From an uncultured delta proteobacterium (GTDB taxonomy: Bacteria > Myxococcota > Kuafuiibacteriia > Kuafuiibacteriales > Kuafuiibacteriaceae): a stretch of DNA of 64,000 nucleotides. The DNA lies in contig CAWDML010000001.1 in NCBI GenBank assembly GCA_963803435.1, positions 2,080,001-2,144,000 of the forward strand, read 5' to 3'. Under the pieces are notes generated by a model, which had not been told where the DNA came from, did not search any database, and saw only the letters and a list, made by a program, of their open reading frames with translations. Below are positions 41,519 to 51,056 of this stretch, piece after piece (the stretch's first letter is position 1; each line of letters begins with the position of its first letter). Both the position numbers and the translations under genes were made by a program.

Positions 41519-42700
41519 CTAACCCTCGACGACCGCGTCCAAAGTCCGGAACAGCAGCCGACGGTTCACCTCCCAGCCGTATTCGTTCTCCCACTCGCGG
41601 CCGCCCTTCACCATCGCGGCGCGACGCTGGGGATCCCGCGCGAGGCGGACCATCGCGCCGGCCATGGCGCCGACGTCGCCCACCTCCACCAGCTCGACCT
41701 GACGCGCGTCGAAGAACCTGCGGATGCAGCGCGTGCGAGCGGCGATCGCCGGGATCCCGACGGCGAGATACTCGAGCAGCTTGGTCGGCAGCACCGAGTC
41801 CACGTTCTCGTCGCGGTTCGGGATGATACCGACGTGCGCCTCCCGGATCGCGCGGGCGACCTCGGCGAGCGGGCGGTGGTGGCCGGGGATCTCGATGACG
41901 TCCTGGCCGAGCCCGAGGCCGGCGGCGATCGACTGCACCTCGTCGACGAAGTCACCGCCGCCCAGGATCTGCATCGTCAGGCGCGGCTCGCTCCGCCGCG
42001 CCTCGGCGAACGCGCGCACCGCCAGATCCACGCCGTACCGGTGCAGGACCGTCCCGTGATAGATCACGCGGACCGGCCCGCTCCCTGCGATCGATGGCAC
42101 CTCCGCCAGCGGTGGGAACAGCGTCGGATCGGCAGAGTTCATGACGATCGCGAGCTTCCGTGCGGGGACGCCGGCGGCCAAGAGGAGCTCGTACTGGTTC
42201 TCATGCACGCAGATCACAACGTCGGCGAAGGCGGTGGCCGCGCGCTGGGTGAGCTCCAGCGCGCGGATGGCAACGCTGGTCCTCGCCAGCCCGAACTTGA
42301 GCGCGTAGAGGTCGGGCATCAGATCGTGCATGTCGAGCACGACCCGCGCGCCCGCCATCCGCGGGATCAACGCTGCACCCACCATGAAGTCCGGCATGGT
42401 GTGCACGTGCACCAGATCGAAGCGTGCCTTCGCGTGCGCCGCTGCCAGCCGCGCCGAGACCGCGGCGAGGAAGGCGAGATAGGACCTGAGGTATGCGCCC
42501 GCCTTGCCGCCGCGGTAACGCGGCAGGTCGAGGCGCACCACCCGCACGCCCCGCTCGGTCGCCAACGAAGGCGCGCCCTCCGCCCGGAGGGCGAAGACCG
42601 TCACGTCGTCCCCGCGTCCCGCCAGCGCCTCGGCCTCACGCCGGACCCGCGGGTCCGACTCGTAGTGGGTATACGCCACGGCGCCGATCCGGAGTGGCAC
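41519..42700 (-). CDS. Glycosyltransferase family 4
   Basis: DPRVRREAEAL, VHVHTMPD, LDMHDLMP, LPTKLLEYLAVG. Confidence 0.9.
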   Translation of the reverse strand: MPLRIGAVAYTHYESDPRVRREAEALAGRGDDVTVFALRAEGAPSLATERGVRVVRLDLPRYRGGKAGAYLRSYLAFLAAVSARLAAAHAKARFDLVHVHTMPDFMVGAALIPRMAGARVVLDMHDLMPDLYALKFGLARTSVAIRALELTQRAATAFADVVICVHENQYELLLAAGVPARKLAIVMNSADPTLFPPLAEVPSIAGSGPVRVIYHGTVLHRYGVDLAVRAFAEARRSEPRLTMQILGGGDFVDEVQSIAAGLGLGQDVIEIPGHHRPLAEVARAIREAHVGIIPNRDENVDSVLPTKLLEYLAVGIPAIAARTRCIRRFFDARQVELVEVGDVGAMAGAMVRLARDPQRRAAMVKGGREWENEYGWEVNRRLLFRTLDAVVEG

Positions 42701-42799
42701 AGGGCTTCCTAACAGATCCCGGACACTTGGCGGAAGTGACTTGTGCGACACCGCGGCAGCTTCTTCCGCGGGCTGCCGAGGCCAGGCAAGCTGGAGGTC

Positions 42800-45079
42800 G
42801 TGCGGGTCTGTCCGCGATGTCGTTCGATCTACGCGACCCGGGTTCAATGGTGCGGGATCGACAACACGGCGCTCGTCGACCAGCCGCACGATCCGCTCAT
42901 CGGCAACGACCTCGAGCGGTACCGCATCGTCGAGAATCTCGGCGTCGGCGGCATGGGCTGCGTCTACCGCGCAAGCCACGCGTTCATCGAGCGCGAGTAT
43001 GCCATCAAGGTCCTATTCGGCGACTTCGCCGGTGATCCGAAGTTTCGGGAACGCTTCCGCCGGGAAGCGAAGAGCATCAGCCAGATCCGACACCCGAACA
43101 TCGTGACGGTCGAAGACTTCGGTACGACGCCGGAAGGGTTGACGTTCCTTGCGATGGAGCTCGTGCACGGCCGCACGCTCGAGCAGGCGATCGAGGAGGA
43201 GGCCCCGTTCTCCCCGGTGCGCGCCGCCCAGATCGTCCGGCAGGTGGTGGCGGGCCTCGGCGCTGCCCACTCGCTCGGCTTCATCCACCGAGACGTCAAG
43301 CCTTCGAACATCATGCTCTCCGATCAGCAGGGCCTCGAGCTGGTCAAGATCCTCGACTTCGGCGCCGTCAGCATGCGCAGCGTTCCGGTCGATCAGCGGC
43401 TCACCAGCATCGGGCACATCATCGGGACGCCCACGTACATGGCGCCCGAGCAGAGCCAGGATCCGAACGTCGGCCCGCCTGCCGACCTCTACGCCGTCGG
43501 CGTGATCCTCTACGAGATGCTGACCGGAACCGCGCCGTTCGTGGGCAAGGGCCGCGCCGAGGTCCTCATCAAGCACATCATGGAGGAGCCGCCCAAGGCG
43601 CCTCCCAGCCGCGGCCTGGAGCGGCTCGTGGCGGGGCTCCTGAAGAAACAGCCGAGCGATCGACCGCAGGCCGCCCTCGAGGTCATCCGGATGATCGACA
43701 TGCTCGGCCTCGATCTCGCGATCGTCAGCGATCCGCCCCGCAAGGCCCAGTCGACGCTGCGGACCGCCGAGATCCCCGGTCGGGGGCTCCGCGTCGACTC
43801 GGGCGCCATCTCGTCGCGGATCGCGGCGCCCACGATGGATCCGGCCGATCAGCCCACGCCGCAGAGCGACCGCGACGTGATCGGCTACGACACGTTCCCC
43901 TCGCTCGGCCCCGAGGACGCCGCCGAGTGGGCCGACTGGACCCACGAGGGCGGGACCATGCGGACCGATCTCGAGTACGAGTTCGGCGGCCCCACGATCC
44001 CGATCGACAGCAGCTCGCTCGATCGCGACTCGGGCGCGGACACCGATCCCCGCATGGTCGATCCTGCGGAGGTCACCGACGACATCCGCGAGACCCGGCC
44101 GTTCGACATGCGTCCGGCCCTTCACTCGTCGCAGGATCTGCCCGAGGGCGGGCCGGTCATGATCCGCGACGACGGCCCGACGCAGGTCGACTTCTCGTTG
44201 CTGCCCGCGCTGCAGATGCCACGGGTGACCACCGACGACATGCCGACCGGCGATCTCGACACCGCCCGCACGCTCAGCGACGACGTGGGGACGTCGCCGG
44301 GCGCACCGACCATCCGCGACACCGAGCTCCCGCTCGACCTCGACGGCCCGACCGGCGACCTGCCCCCCGCCCCAACTTTGGAGCTTCCACCGGTCCTCGG
44401 GGCCCGCTCGGGCAAAGCCCTCGCACCCGACTCCGCTCGCGGGGGCTCGCTGCGCGCGCCGCTTGCAGACGGGGCCCGCTCGGGCAAAGCCCTCGCACCC
44501 GACTCCGCTCGCGGGGGCTCGCTGCGCGCGCCGCTTGCAGACGGGGCCCGCTCGGGCAGAGCCCTCGCACCCGACTCCGCTCGCGGGGGCTCGCTGCGCG
44601 CGCCGCTTGCAGACGGGGCCCGCTCGGGCAGAGCCCTCGCACCCGACTCCGCTCGCGGGGGCTCGCTGCGCGCGCCGCTTGCAGACGGGGCCCGCTCGGG
44701 CAGAGCCCTCGCACCCGACTCCGCTCGCGGGGGCTCGCTGCGCGCTCGGATTGTGGACGAGGGTGGCAAGGGGCTTGCCAACGGCGACGTCGGCTCCGGC
44801 GACGCCCTCGCACCTGGAGGGCTGGCGATCGACCGCGGCGCGGATTTCCTCGAAGACTCGGAGGAGAGCCTCAAGGCGCGCGTGATTCCGGTGTACGAGT
44901 CGACGACCGACCGGGCGGCGGCGAGCACGGCACGGACGGTCCGAACCGTGACGCTGATTGCGCTGGTCTTCCTGCTTTCGATGGTGATCGTCTCCGTCGT
45001 GCTCTGGTTCGGACACACGCAGCGGGAGCCCGTGGTGATCGACAGCAGCGCGCAGTCGAGCGTCGCCCCCGAGCAGTGA
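42800..45079 (+). CDS. Ser/Thr protein kinase with N-terminal zinc finger, acidic linker, 24-aa tandem repeats and C-terminal TM
   Basis: GGAGG RBS; CPRC..C; GVGGMGCVY; HRDVKPSN; DFG; GTPTYMAPE. Confidence 0.92.
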   Translation: MRVCPRCRSIYATRVQWCGIDNTALVDQPHDPLIGNDLERYRIVENLGVGGMGCVYRASHAFIEREYAIKVLFGDFAGDPKFRERFRREAKSISQIRHPNIVTVEDFGTTPEGLTFLAMELVHGRTLEQAIEEEAPFSPVRAAQIVRQVVAGLGAAHSLGFIHRDVKPSNIMLSDQQGLELVKILDFGAVSMRSVPVDQRLTSIGHIIGTPTYMAPEQSQDPNVGPPADLYAVGVILYEMLTGTAPFVGKGRAEVLIKHIMEEPPKAPPSRGLERLVAGLLKKQPSDRPQAALEVIRMIDMLGLDLAIVSDPPRKAQSTLRTAEIPGRGLRVDSGAISSRIAAPTMDPADQPTPQSDRDVIGYDTFPSLGPEDAAEWADWTHEGGTMRTDLEYEFGGPTIPIDSSSLDRDSGADTDPRMVDPAEVTDDIRETRPFDMRPALHSSQDLPEGGPVMIRDDGPTQVDFSLLPALQMPRVTTDDMPTGDLDTARTLSDDVGTSPGAPTIRDTELPLDLDGPTGDLPPAPTLELPPVLGARSGKALAPDSARGGSLRAPLADGARSGKALAPDSARGGSLRAPLADGARSGRALAPDSARGGSLRAPLADGARSGRALAPDSARGGSLRAPLADGARSGRALAPDSARGGSLRARIVDEGGKGLANGDVGSGDALAPGGLAIDRGADFLEDSEESLKARVIPVYESTTDRAAASTARTVRTVTLIALVFLLSMVIVSVVLWFGHTQREPVVIDSSAQSSVAPEQ
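44399..44745 (+). repeat. 72-bp tandem repeat, about 4.8 copies (GARSG[K/R]ALAPDSARGGSLRAPLAD)
   Basis: Units start at 44399, 44471, 44543, 44615 and 44687; they differ only by aaa/aga. Confidence 0.95.
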
Positions 45080-46182
45080 CCCGGCTCGATCGTTACCTGC
45101 TCCGCGAGGTCCTGGTGCCGCTGGCCGTCTCGCTCGGCGTGGTGGTCGGCCTCATCTTCTTGCTGCAAGCCCGGCGCCTCGCCACCGCGGCGCTCGGCCT
45201 CGGGCTCACGCTCGAGGACGCGGGCGTCATCTTCGTGTCGGCGCTGCCGCCCTTCTTGGTCCTGGCCGTGCCGATCGCGTACCTGCTTTCGGTCCTGATC
45301 GGCCTCGGCCGGCTCGCCAACGACCTCGAGCTGGTGGCGATGATGAGCACCGGGGCCGGTCCGCTCCGGATCGCGCGGGTGCCCATGCTGCTGGGCGCGG
45401 TGATCAGCTTGGCGGCGCTACCGATCGCGCTGTACGGCGAGCCGCTCGGGATGAACGCGCTGCACGATCGTCTGATCGACGTGGGCCTGCGGAACCTGAC
45501 GCGCGCGGTCCAGCCGGGCGTCTTCAACGAGGACTTCCGGGGCAACGCGGTCTTCGCCAGCGGCGTGGACGAGGACGGCCGGCTCACCGACGTGCTGGTG
45601 TTCGACGAGCGCAACGCCGATCGTCCGGTCCTGGTAACGGCGCGGCGGGGCGTGTTCGAGACCTCTCCGGCGGCCGGGATCGTCTTCACGCTCGACGACG
45701 GTGAGCTGCACCTGGGAGAGGCCTCGGATCCAGAGAGATACGATCGCGTATCCTTCAAGAGCGCGCAGCTTCGCCTCGACGCCGAGCAGGAGCTCTTCCG
45801 TCGCACCCGCTTCGTCCAGAGCCCGATCACCCGCATGACCGGCGACGAGATGTGGGCGGAGATCGCGCGCACCGAGCACGAGAGCCCGCCCTACGCGCGC
45901 CGGGTCGAGCGCACCTACTGGCGCCGGTTCGCGCTTCCGACGATGGCGTTCGTCTTCGGGATCATCGCCAGCGCGATCGCGCTGGCCGGCGGCGTGCGCG
46001 CCCGGACCAAGAACGCGATCCTCGGCATCCTGGCCGTGCTCGCCTACTACCTGCTCACGCGCGTCGGCGACTGGGCGGTCCTCAAGCTGGAGGGCACGCC
46101 CTTCTGGGCTGCCTGGGTCCCGAACGCCGTGATGCTCGCGATCGGCCTCTTCGCGCTGGTGCGCGCCGGACGACCTCGATGA
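45076..46182 (+). CDS. lptF: LPS export ABC transporter permease LptF
   Basis: LDRYLLREV, GRLANDLELVAM..G, QPGVFN, WVPNAV; paired with lptG. Confidence 0.85.
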   Translation: MTRLDRYLLREVLVPLAVSLGVVVGLIFLLQARRLATAALGLGLTLEDAGVIFVSALPPFLVLAVPIAYLLSVLIGLGRLANDLELVAMMSTGAGPLRIARVPMLLGAVISLAALPIALYGEPLGMNALHDRLIDVGLRNLTRAVQPGVFNEDFRGNAVFASGVDEDGRLTDVLVFDERNADRPVLVTARRGVFETSPAAGIVFTLDDGELHLGEASDPERYDRVSFKSAQLRLDAEQELFRRTRFVQSPITRMTGDEMWAEIARTEHESPPYARRVERTYWRRFALPTMAFVFGIIASAIALAGGVRARTKNAILGILAVLAYYLLTRVGDWAVLKLEGTPFWAAWVPNAVMLAIGLFALVRAGRPR

Positions 46183-47288
46183 TGTTGCGCGCACCCTGGT
46201 TCGGCTTGTTCGGCCGGCAGCTGGCGCGCGACGTGGTGAAGAACGCGCTGTTGACCTTGCTCGCGGGGCTGGCCCTGTTCGTCGCGGTCGACTTCGTCGA
46301 GGCGGGCAACCTCGTCCGCGACGACGCGCCCTTCGCCTCGCTCTTCCGGCTCGAGCTCTACAACCTGCCCCTCGTGATCCAGCAGATCGGCCACCTGGCC
46401 GCCGTGATCGGCGCGGCCACGGCGACCGCAGCGCTCCTCCGGCGCGGCGAGGTGGTGGCGATGCTCTCGGCCGGTGCTCCGCCCTCGGCGCTGTTGAAGC
46501 CCGCGCTCCTGGTCGGTGTTGCGTTCGCGCTCGCGTACGCCGGTCTCACCGAATGGATCGTCCCCCCGGCCCGGGCTGAGGTGAGCGCGCTCCGTCGTAC
46601 GCTCGGTCTGCCGGTGAAGGAGACCGAAGCCCTGCGCCGGCATCAGACCTGGTTCCGAGGCAAGGATTGGATCTATCGGGTGCGCGACATGGAGGACGAG
46701 GACGGACGCGTGCTCGCCGGGGTCACCATCCTCGACGTCGAGGACGGGCGCCTCCGCGATCGCTGGGAGGTCGAGCGGCTCGTGCACACGCCGGAGGGGT
46801 GGCGGGGAGAGGGCATCCTGCGGCGGAGCTTCGCGGGAGACGCGCTGACGACCCGGCGCTCGAGCTCGGCGCCGCTCGACCTCGACGAGGCGCCGGAGGA
46901 CTTCGTGCGGAGCATCGGCGCGCCCGAGCGGATGCGATACCTCGCGCTCCGCGACGCGGTGACGGCGAGAGAGCGGCTGGGCCAGCCGGCGATCGAGCAT
47001 CGCCTCGAGCTGTACGGTCGGCACGCGCACCCGCTGTCGCTCTTGTTCTCGGTGTTGCTGGCGGTGGCGGCGGCGCTTCGGATCGGGCGGAAGCCCAGCC
47101 TGGCAGCGGCGCTGGCGGTCGGCGCCGGGCTCGGCTTCGTGCTCTGGATCCTCGACGAGGTCGGGCTCGCGCTGGGGTCGACGTCCGCGCTCCCGCCGGA
47201 GCCGGCGTCACACGCAGGGATGGCGCTGGTCGTGGTGCTGGCGGTGATCGCCTGGATCCGCGCCTTTCGGCGGGGCGTGTCCGACTGA
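46179..47288 (+). CDS. lptG: LPS export ABC transporter permease LptG
   Basis: LRRGEVVAMLSAG, EWIVP; YjgP/Q topology; ATGA coupling to lptF. Confidence 0.82.
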   Translation: MMLRAPWFGLFGRQLARDVVKNALLTLLAGLALFVAVDFVEAGNLVRDDAPFASLFRLELYNLPLVIQQIGHLAAVIGAATATAALLRRGEVVAMLSAGAPPSALLKPALLVGVAFALAYAGLTEWIVPPARAEVSALRRTLGLPVKETEALRRHQTWFRGKDWIYRVRDMEDEDGRVLAGVTILDVEDGRLRDRWEVERLVHTPEGWRGEGILRRSFAGDALTTRRSSSAPLDLDEAPEDFVRSIGAPERMRYLALRDAVTARERLGQPAIEHRLELYGRHAHPLSLLFSVLLAVAAALRIGRKPSLAAALAVGAGLGFVLWILDEVGLALGSTSALPPEPASHAGMALVVVLAVIAWIRAFRRGVSD

Positions 47289-47339
47289 GCCGATCCTGCT
47301 TGACCCAGCTCGGGTCCCATCCTATCGCGGGCCCCGAGC

Positions 47340-48335
47340 ATGGCGACCCTCCGCGACCTCCGGAAGCGCCTCAGGGCGGTCAGGAACACCGAGAAGATCA
47401 CGAAGGCGATGAAGATGGTCGCCGCCTCCAAGCTTCGTCGCGCGCAGAATGCGATCCTCCAGGCGCGCCCCTACGCCCTCAGGATGAACGAGGTCCTCGA
47501 GCACCTGGTCTCGACCACCGACGTCTCCGCGCACCCGCTGCTCGCCTATCGCATCCCGCGGCGTGTCGGGCTCGTGGTCATGTCGAGCAACCGCGGTCTG
47601 TGCGGCAGCTTCAACTCGAACATCGTCCGCACCGCCGAGCGCTGGATGCACAACGAGGGGGCGAAGTTCGAGGAGCTGCGCGTCGCTGCGATCGGACGCA
47701 AGGCGCGCGATCACTTCCGGCGCCGCAACACCAAGCTCCTCCAGAGCTGGGACGACGTCTGGGACAAACTCGAGTTCGACCGCGCCAACGAGATCGCCGA
47801 GACCCTCTCGGCCGAGTTTCGCCGCGCCGAGCTCGATGCCGTCTACCTCCTCTACAACGAGTTCAAGAGCGCGATCTCACAGAAGGTCGCGCTGGTGCAG
47901 CTGCTCCCGATCCGACCGCTGGACGACTGGGAGGAGAAGGCCTCGGTGAAGATCGGCGAGCTCGCGGCGATCTCCGGGAACGTCGCCGCGGTGGCCGGTC
48001 GCGCGGGAGACCTGGAGGTCGACATGGGCGAGGCGTGGCGGCCGGCCGTGAGCCTCGACGCCGGCGAGGTCGGCTTCGAGCACATCTACGAGCCCAGCCG
48101 GGACGCGGTGCTCGAGAGCCTCCTGCCGCTGCACCTGGCCGTTCAGATCTGGCGCGCGCTCCTCGAATCGACCGCCGCCGAGCATGGCGCTCGCATGAGC
48201 GCAATGGACGCGGCCTCCCGCAACGCCAAGGACCTGATGGGCAAGCTGACACTCAAGATGAACCGGGCGCGCCAGGCGGCCATCACCACGGAGCTGATGG
48301 AGATTGTCTCGGGCGCCGAGGCCTTGAAGGGGTAG
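47340..48335 (+). CDS. atpG: F1 ATP synthase gamma subunit
   Basis: KITKAMKMVAASK, RGLCGSFN, EHGARMSAMDAASRNA, RARQAAITTELMEIVSGAEAL. Confidence 0.97.
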   Translation: MATLRDLRKRLRAVRNTEKITKAMKMVAASKLRRAQNAILQARPYALRMNEVLEHLVSTTDVSAHPLLAYRIPRRVGLVVMSSNRGLCGSFNSNIVRTAERWMHNEGAKFEELRVAAIGRKARDHFRRRNTKLLQSWDDVWDKLEFDRANEIAETLSAEFRRAELDAVYLLYNEFKSAISQKVALVQLLPIRPLDDWEEKASVKIGELAAISGNVAAVAGRAGDLEVDMGEAWRPAVSLDAGEVGFEHIYEPSRDAVLESLLPLHLAVQIWRALLESTAAEHGARMSAMDAASRNAKDLMGKLTLKMNRARQAAITTELMEIVSGAEALKG

Positions 48336-48348
48336 AATCGCCCCCGCG

Positions 48349-49746
48349 TTGAGCGACGACGACCTCTCAGGTGCCGTCCTCGACGGCCGGTATCAGATCC
48401 TCGAGGTGCTCGCCGAGGGGGGCTTCGGCAAGGTCTACGTCGCCCGGCAGCTGAACATCGATCGCAAGGTCGCCATCAAGGTGATGCGGCGCGAGGCGCG
48501 GGCCAGCGAGGACCTGGTCCTCCGCTTCGAGGCCGAGGCCAAGATCATCTCGGAGCTTCGCCACCCCAACACGCTCAAGCTGTTCGACTACGGAAAGACC
48601 GACGAGGGCACGCTCTATCTCGTGACCGAGCTCCTCTCCGGGCGGCCGCTGTCGGCGCTGCTCGCGGAGGGCCCGCTCCAAGAGGCCGCCGCGCTCGAGA
48701 TCCTGCGCGAGGTCTGCCTCTCGCTCGACGAGGCCCACGCCCAGGGGATCGTCCACCGCGATCTCAAGCCGGCCAACATCTTCCTCGAGAAGGTCGGCGG
48801 CCAGGAGGTGGTCAAGGTCCTCGACTTCGGCGTGGCCAAGGTGAACCCGAACGAGGCCTTGGCGAGCCCTGGGACGCCGAACACGGTGGCGGGCACGATC
48901 GTCGGCACGCCCGCGTACATGTCCCCCGAGGCCGTCGACGCGCGGCCGATCGGCGCGAAGAGCGATCTCTACAGCCTGGGCGTGGTGGCGTACGAGTGCC
49001 TGACCGGCCGGCTCCCGTTCGTCGGATCGCCGATCGCTCAGATCGCGGGGCACGGGTTCGATCGACCCAAGCGACCGTCCACGCTCGCAGGCGCGCCGGC
49101 GCTCGATCGCCGCGTCGAAGACCTGGTGATGCGGCTCCTCGAGAAGGATCCGGACGCCCGCGCCGCGAGCGCCCACGCGCTGGCCGACGAGCTGGAGCGC
49201 TTGATGGACGCGCTCGCTGCGCCGGCTCCCGAACGACGCCGGATCGGCCCGATCCTCATCGGACTCGGCGCCGCGCTCGCCGGTGGCGTCCTGCTCGCGG
49301 CGCTCGCGTTTCCTCCGGAGCACCCCGCCGCGCCGGACGCCTCGACGCCCGACGCCGAGGCCCTCGCCGCGCTCGATCCTCCCGACTCCGGCCTCGCAGA
49401 TCGACTCGACGCCGGCCTCGATCTCGGCGGCGACGACGTCCGCGCGACGCCCGAGGTCGAGGGCTGGTCGGATCCCGACGCGGCCCTCTCGGTGCTGCGC
49501 GACCTCGCACCCGTGCTGGTCGACTGCTACCGTCTGATCGATGCCGATCCGCGGCCGCCCGTCACGATCACGTTCTCCGCGCTCCACTCGGGCACGACCG
49601 TGTCGGTGGAGCCAGAGAGCGAAGACTCCACGAAGGTCCGCGCCTGCTTCGCGTTCCGCCGCGGGCGACCGATCGTCTGGCCCGGGCGTGGGCGCGCCAC
49701 GCTCCGCCTGGCGCCGCGCGACGCGGGTGCCGCCGATGGCGACTGA
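48349..49746 (+). CDS. Ser/Thr protein kinase with TM
   Basis: EGGFGKVY, HRDLKPAN, DFGVAK, GTPAYMSPE. Confidence 0.93.
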   Translation: MSDDDLSGAVLDGRYQILEVLAEGGFGKVYVARQLNIDRKVAIKVMRREARASEDLVLRFEAEAKIISELRHPNTLKLFDYGKTDEGTLYLVTELLSGRPLSALLAEGPLQEAAALEILREVCLSLDEAHAQGIVHRDLKPANIFLEKVGGQEVVKVLDFGVAKVNPNEALASPGTPNTVAGTIVGTPAYMSPEAVDARPIGAKSDLYSLGVVAYECLTGRLPFVGSPIAQIAGHGFDRPKRPSTLAGAPALDRRVEDLVMRLLEKDPDARAASAHALADELERLMDALAAPAPERRRIGPILIGLGAALAGGVLLAALAFPPEHPAAPDASTPDAEALAALDPPDSGLADRLDAGLDLGGDDVRATPEVEGWSDPDAALSVLRDLAPVLVDCYRLIDADPRPPVTITFSALHSGTTVSVEPESEDSTKVRACFAFRRGRPIVWPGRGRATLRLAPRDAGAADGD

Positions 49747-49814
49747 GCACACCGGCAGCGCGGCGGATTCTTCCTGATGCCCGGCGGCGCGTCGCTTGCT
49801 CCACCGAGGCACAC

Positions 49815-50225
49815 ATGGGGCGCGCCGAGCGAGCCGGCGGAGCGATCCTCGTGCTCCTGACCCTGGCGGCGTGTGAGCCCGACGTGCTCTACCGCGATCC
49901 CGATCCGGATCTCGACGCGGCCGCCACCGCGGTACCGATCGCCGGCGAGCTCGACCATCACCTTCGGACGCACTTCGGCGATCTGTTCGAGGGCTATCTC
50001 TAGCACAGCATCGTGGGGATGGATCCGGACGTCGATCCGGCCTCCGGCATCGTGGAGGCGATCGCGCAAAGCGCCACCTCGGCCGGTACCGGCGACCAAG
50101 CGCTCAGCATCCTCACCGGCGGGCTCCGCTTCCCCATCAGCGAGCCCGAGCGCTTCGGTGAGCTGTTCCGCACGATCGCGGACGCCACGGTAGCGACGAC
50201 GATCGAACGCACTCGGTGCGACTGA
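49815..50225 (+). pseudogene. Lipoprotein gene interrupted by an in-frame TAG (50001-50003)
   Basis: LLTLAAC lipobox; the frame continues HSIVGMDPD.. to TGA at 50225. Confidence 0.5.
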
Positions 50226-50250
50226 GCCCGCGCTTGCGCTAAGATGCCGG

Positions 50251-50889
50251 ATGCTTCGGCGCGCCGCCCTGGCCGTCCTCGCGATCCTCGTCCTCGCCGG
50301 CGAGGCGCGCGCGCAGGGCTCGGACCCGCCGGAGTGGCCGGATCCCGGGAGCGAGGACCCGGTCGGTCCGAAGCTCTTCCCGCCCAACCCGCGGACCGAG
50401 GCGTTCGATCCCCCGGCCGAGCCTGATCCCAGCGCCGTCGCCGAGCCGGTGTACCGCATGAGCTGGTACGGCTGGCGCAACCTGATCGGTGACGGCGCCT
50501 CGGTCGCGCTGGCCTTCGTCGCCGCCGCCTCCGGCATCGGGCAGATCCTGATCGGCAGCACCCTCACGTACGCCGTCGGCGGACCGATCGCCCACTTCAC
50601 GGCGGGCAGCTGGGGGCGGGCGCTGATCAGTCTGGGCGCGCGGATCGCCGGCCCCCTGCTCTTCGGCCTGGTCGGACGCGCCGTCAGCTGCGCCGCGAGC
50701 CGGTGCAACGACCTCACCTCCGACCCGGCCGTGGTCATCTCCGCCCTGATCGGGGGCTTCGCGGCCGCCAGCTTCGACGACGCCTGGCTGGCCCGCCGGC
50801 AGGTGGTGGTGACACCGGCGATCGGCCTCGAGACGAGCGGGAGCAAAGCGAACGGACCGAGAACCCTGCGGGTCTCGGTCCCGTTCTAA
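50251..50889 (+). CDS. Hypothetical secreted/membrane protein
   Basis: Signal peptide, Pro-rich linker, WYGW..GGPIAH hydrophobic region. Confidence 0.7.
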   Translation: MLRRAALAVLAILVLAGEARAQGSDPPEWPDPGSEDPVGPKLFPPNPRTEAFDPPAEPDPSAVAEPVYRMSWYGWRNLIGDGASVALAFVAAASGIGQILIGSTLTYAVGGPIAHFTAGSWGRALISLGARIAGPLLFGLVGRAVSCAASRCNDLTSDPAVVISALIGGFAAASFDDAWLARRQVVVTPAIGLETSGSKANGPRTLRVSVPF

Positions 50890-51056
50890 ACCAAGGGACA
50901 CGAGGAGTCGCGCGACCGAGCCGGCGGTGAAGGTCCGGGATTCTCAGCCCGGTCGCGCGAGGACGAGTAAAGCAAGGGTCGGACCGTCCGCCCTCGCACC
51001 CGAAAGCGGAGCCGGATGGGGACTGGCCTCGCCAGCCCGTAGTATCCTCGATCGCC

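Noticed and set aside
44399-44745. CRISPR array
   Set aside because: The units are contiguous identical repeats with no unique spacers, lie in frame within a gene, and no cas genes are present.
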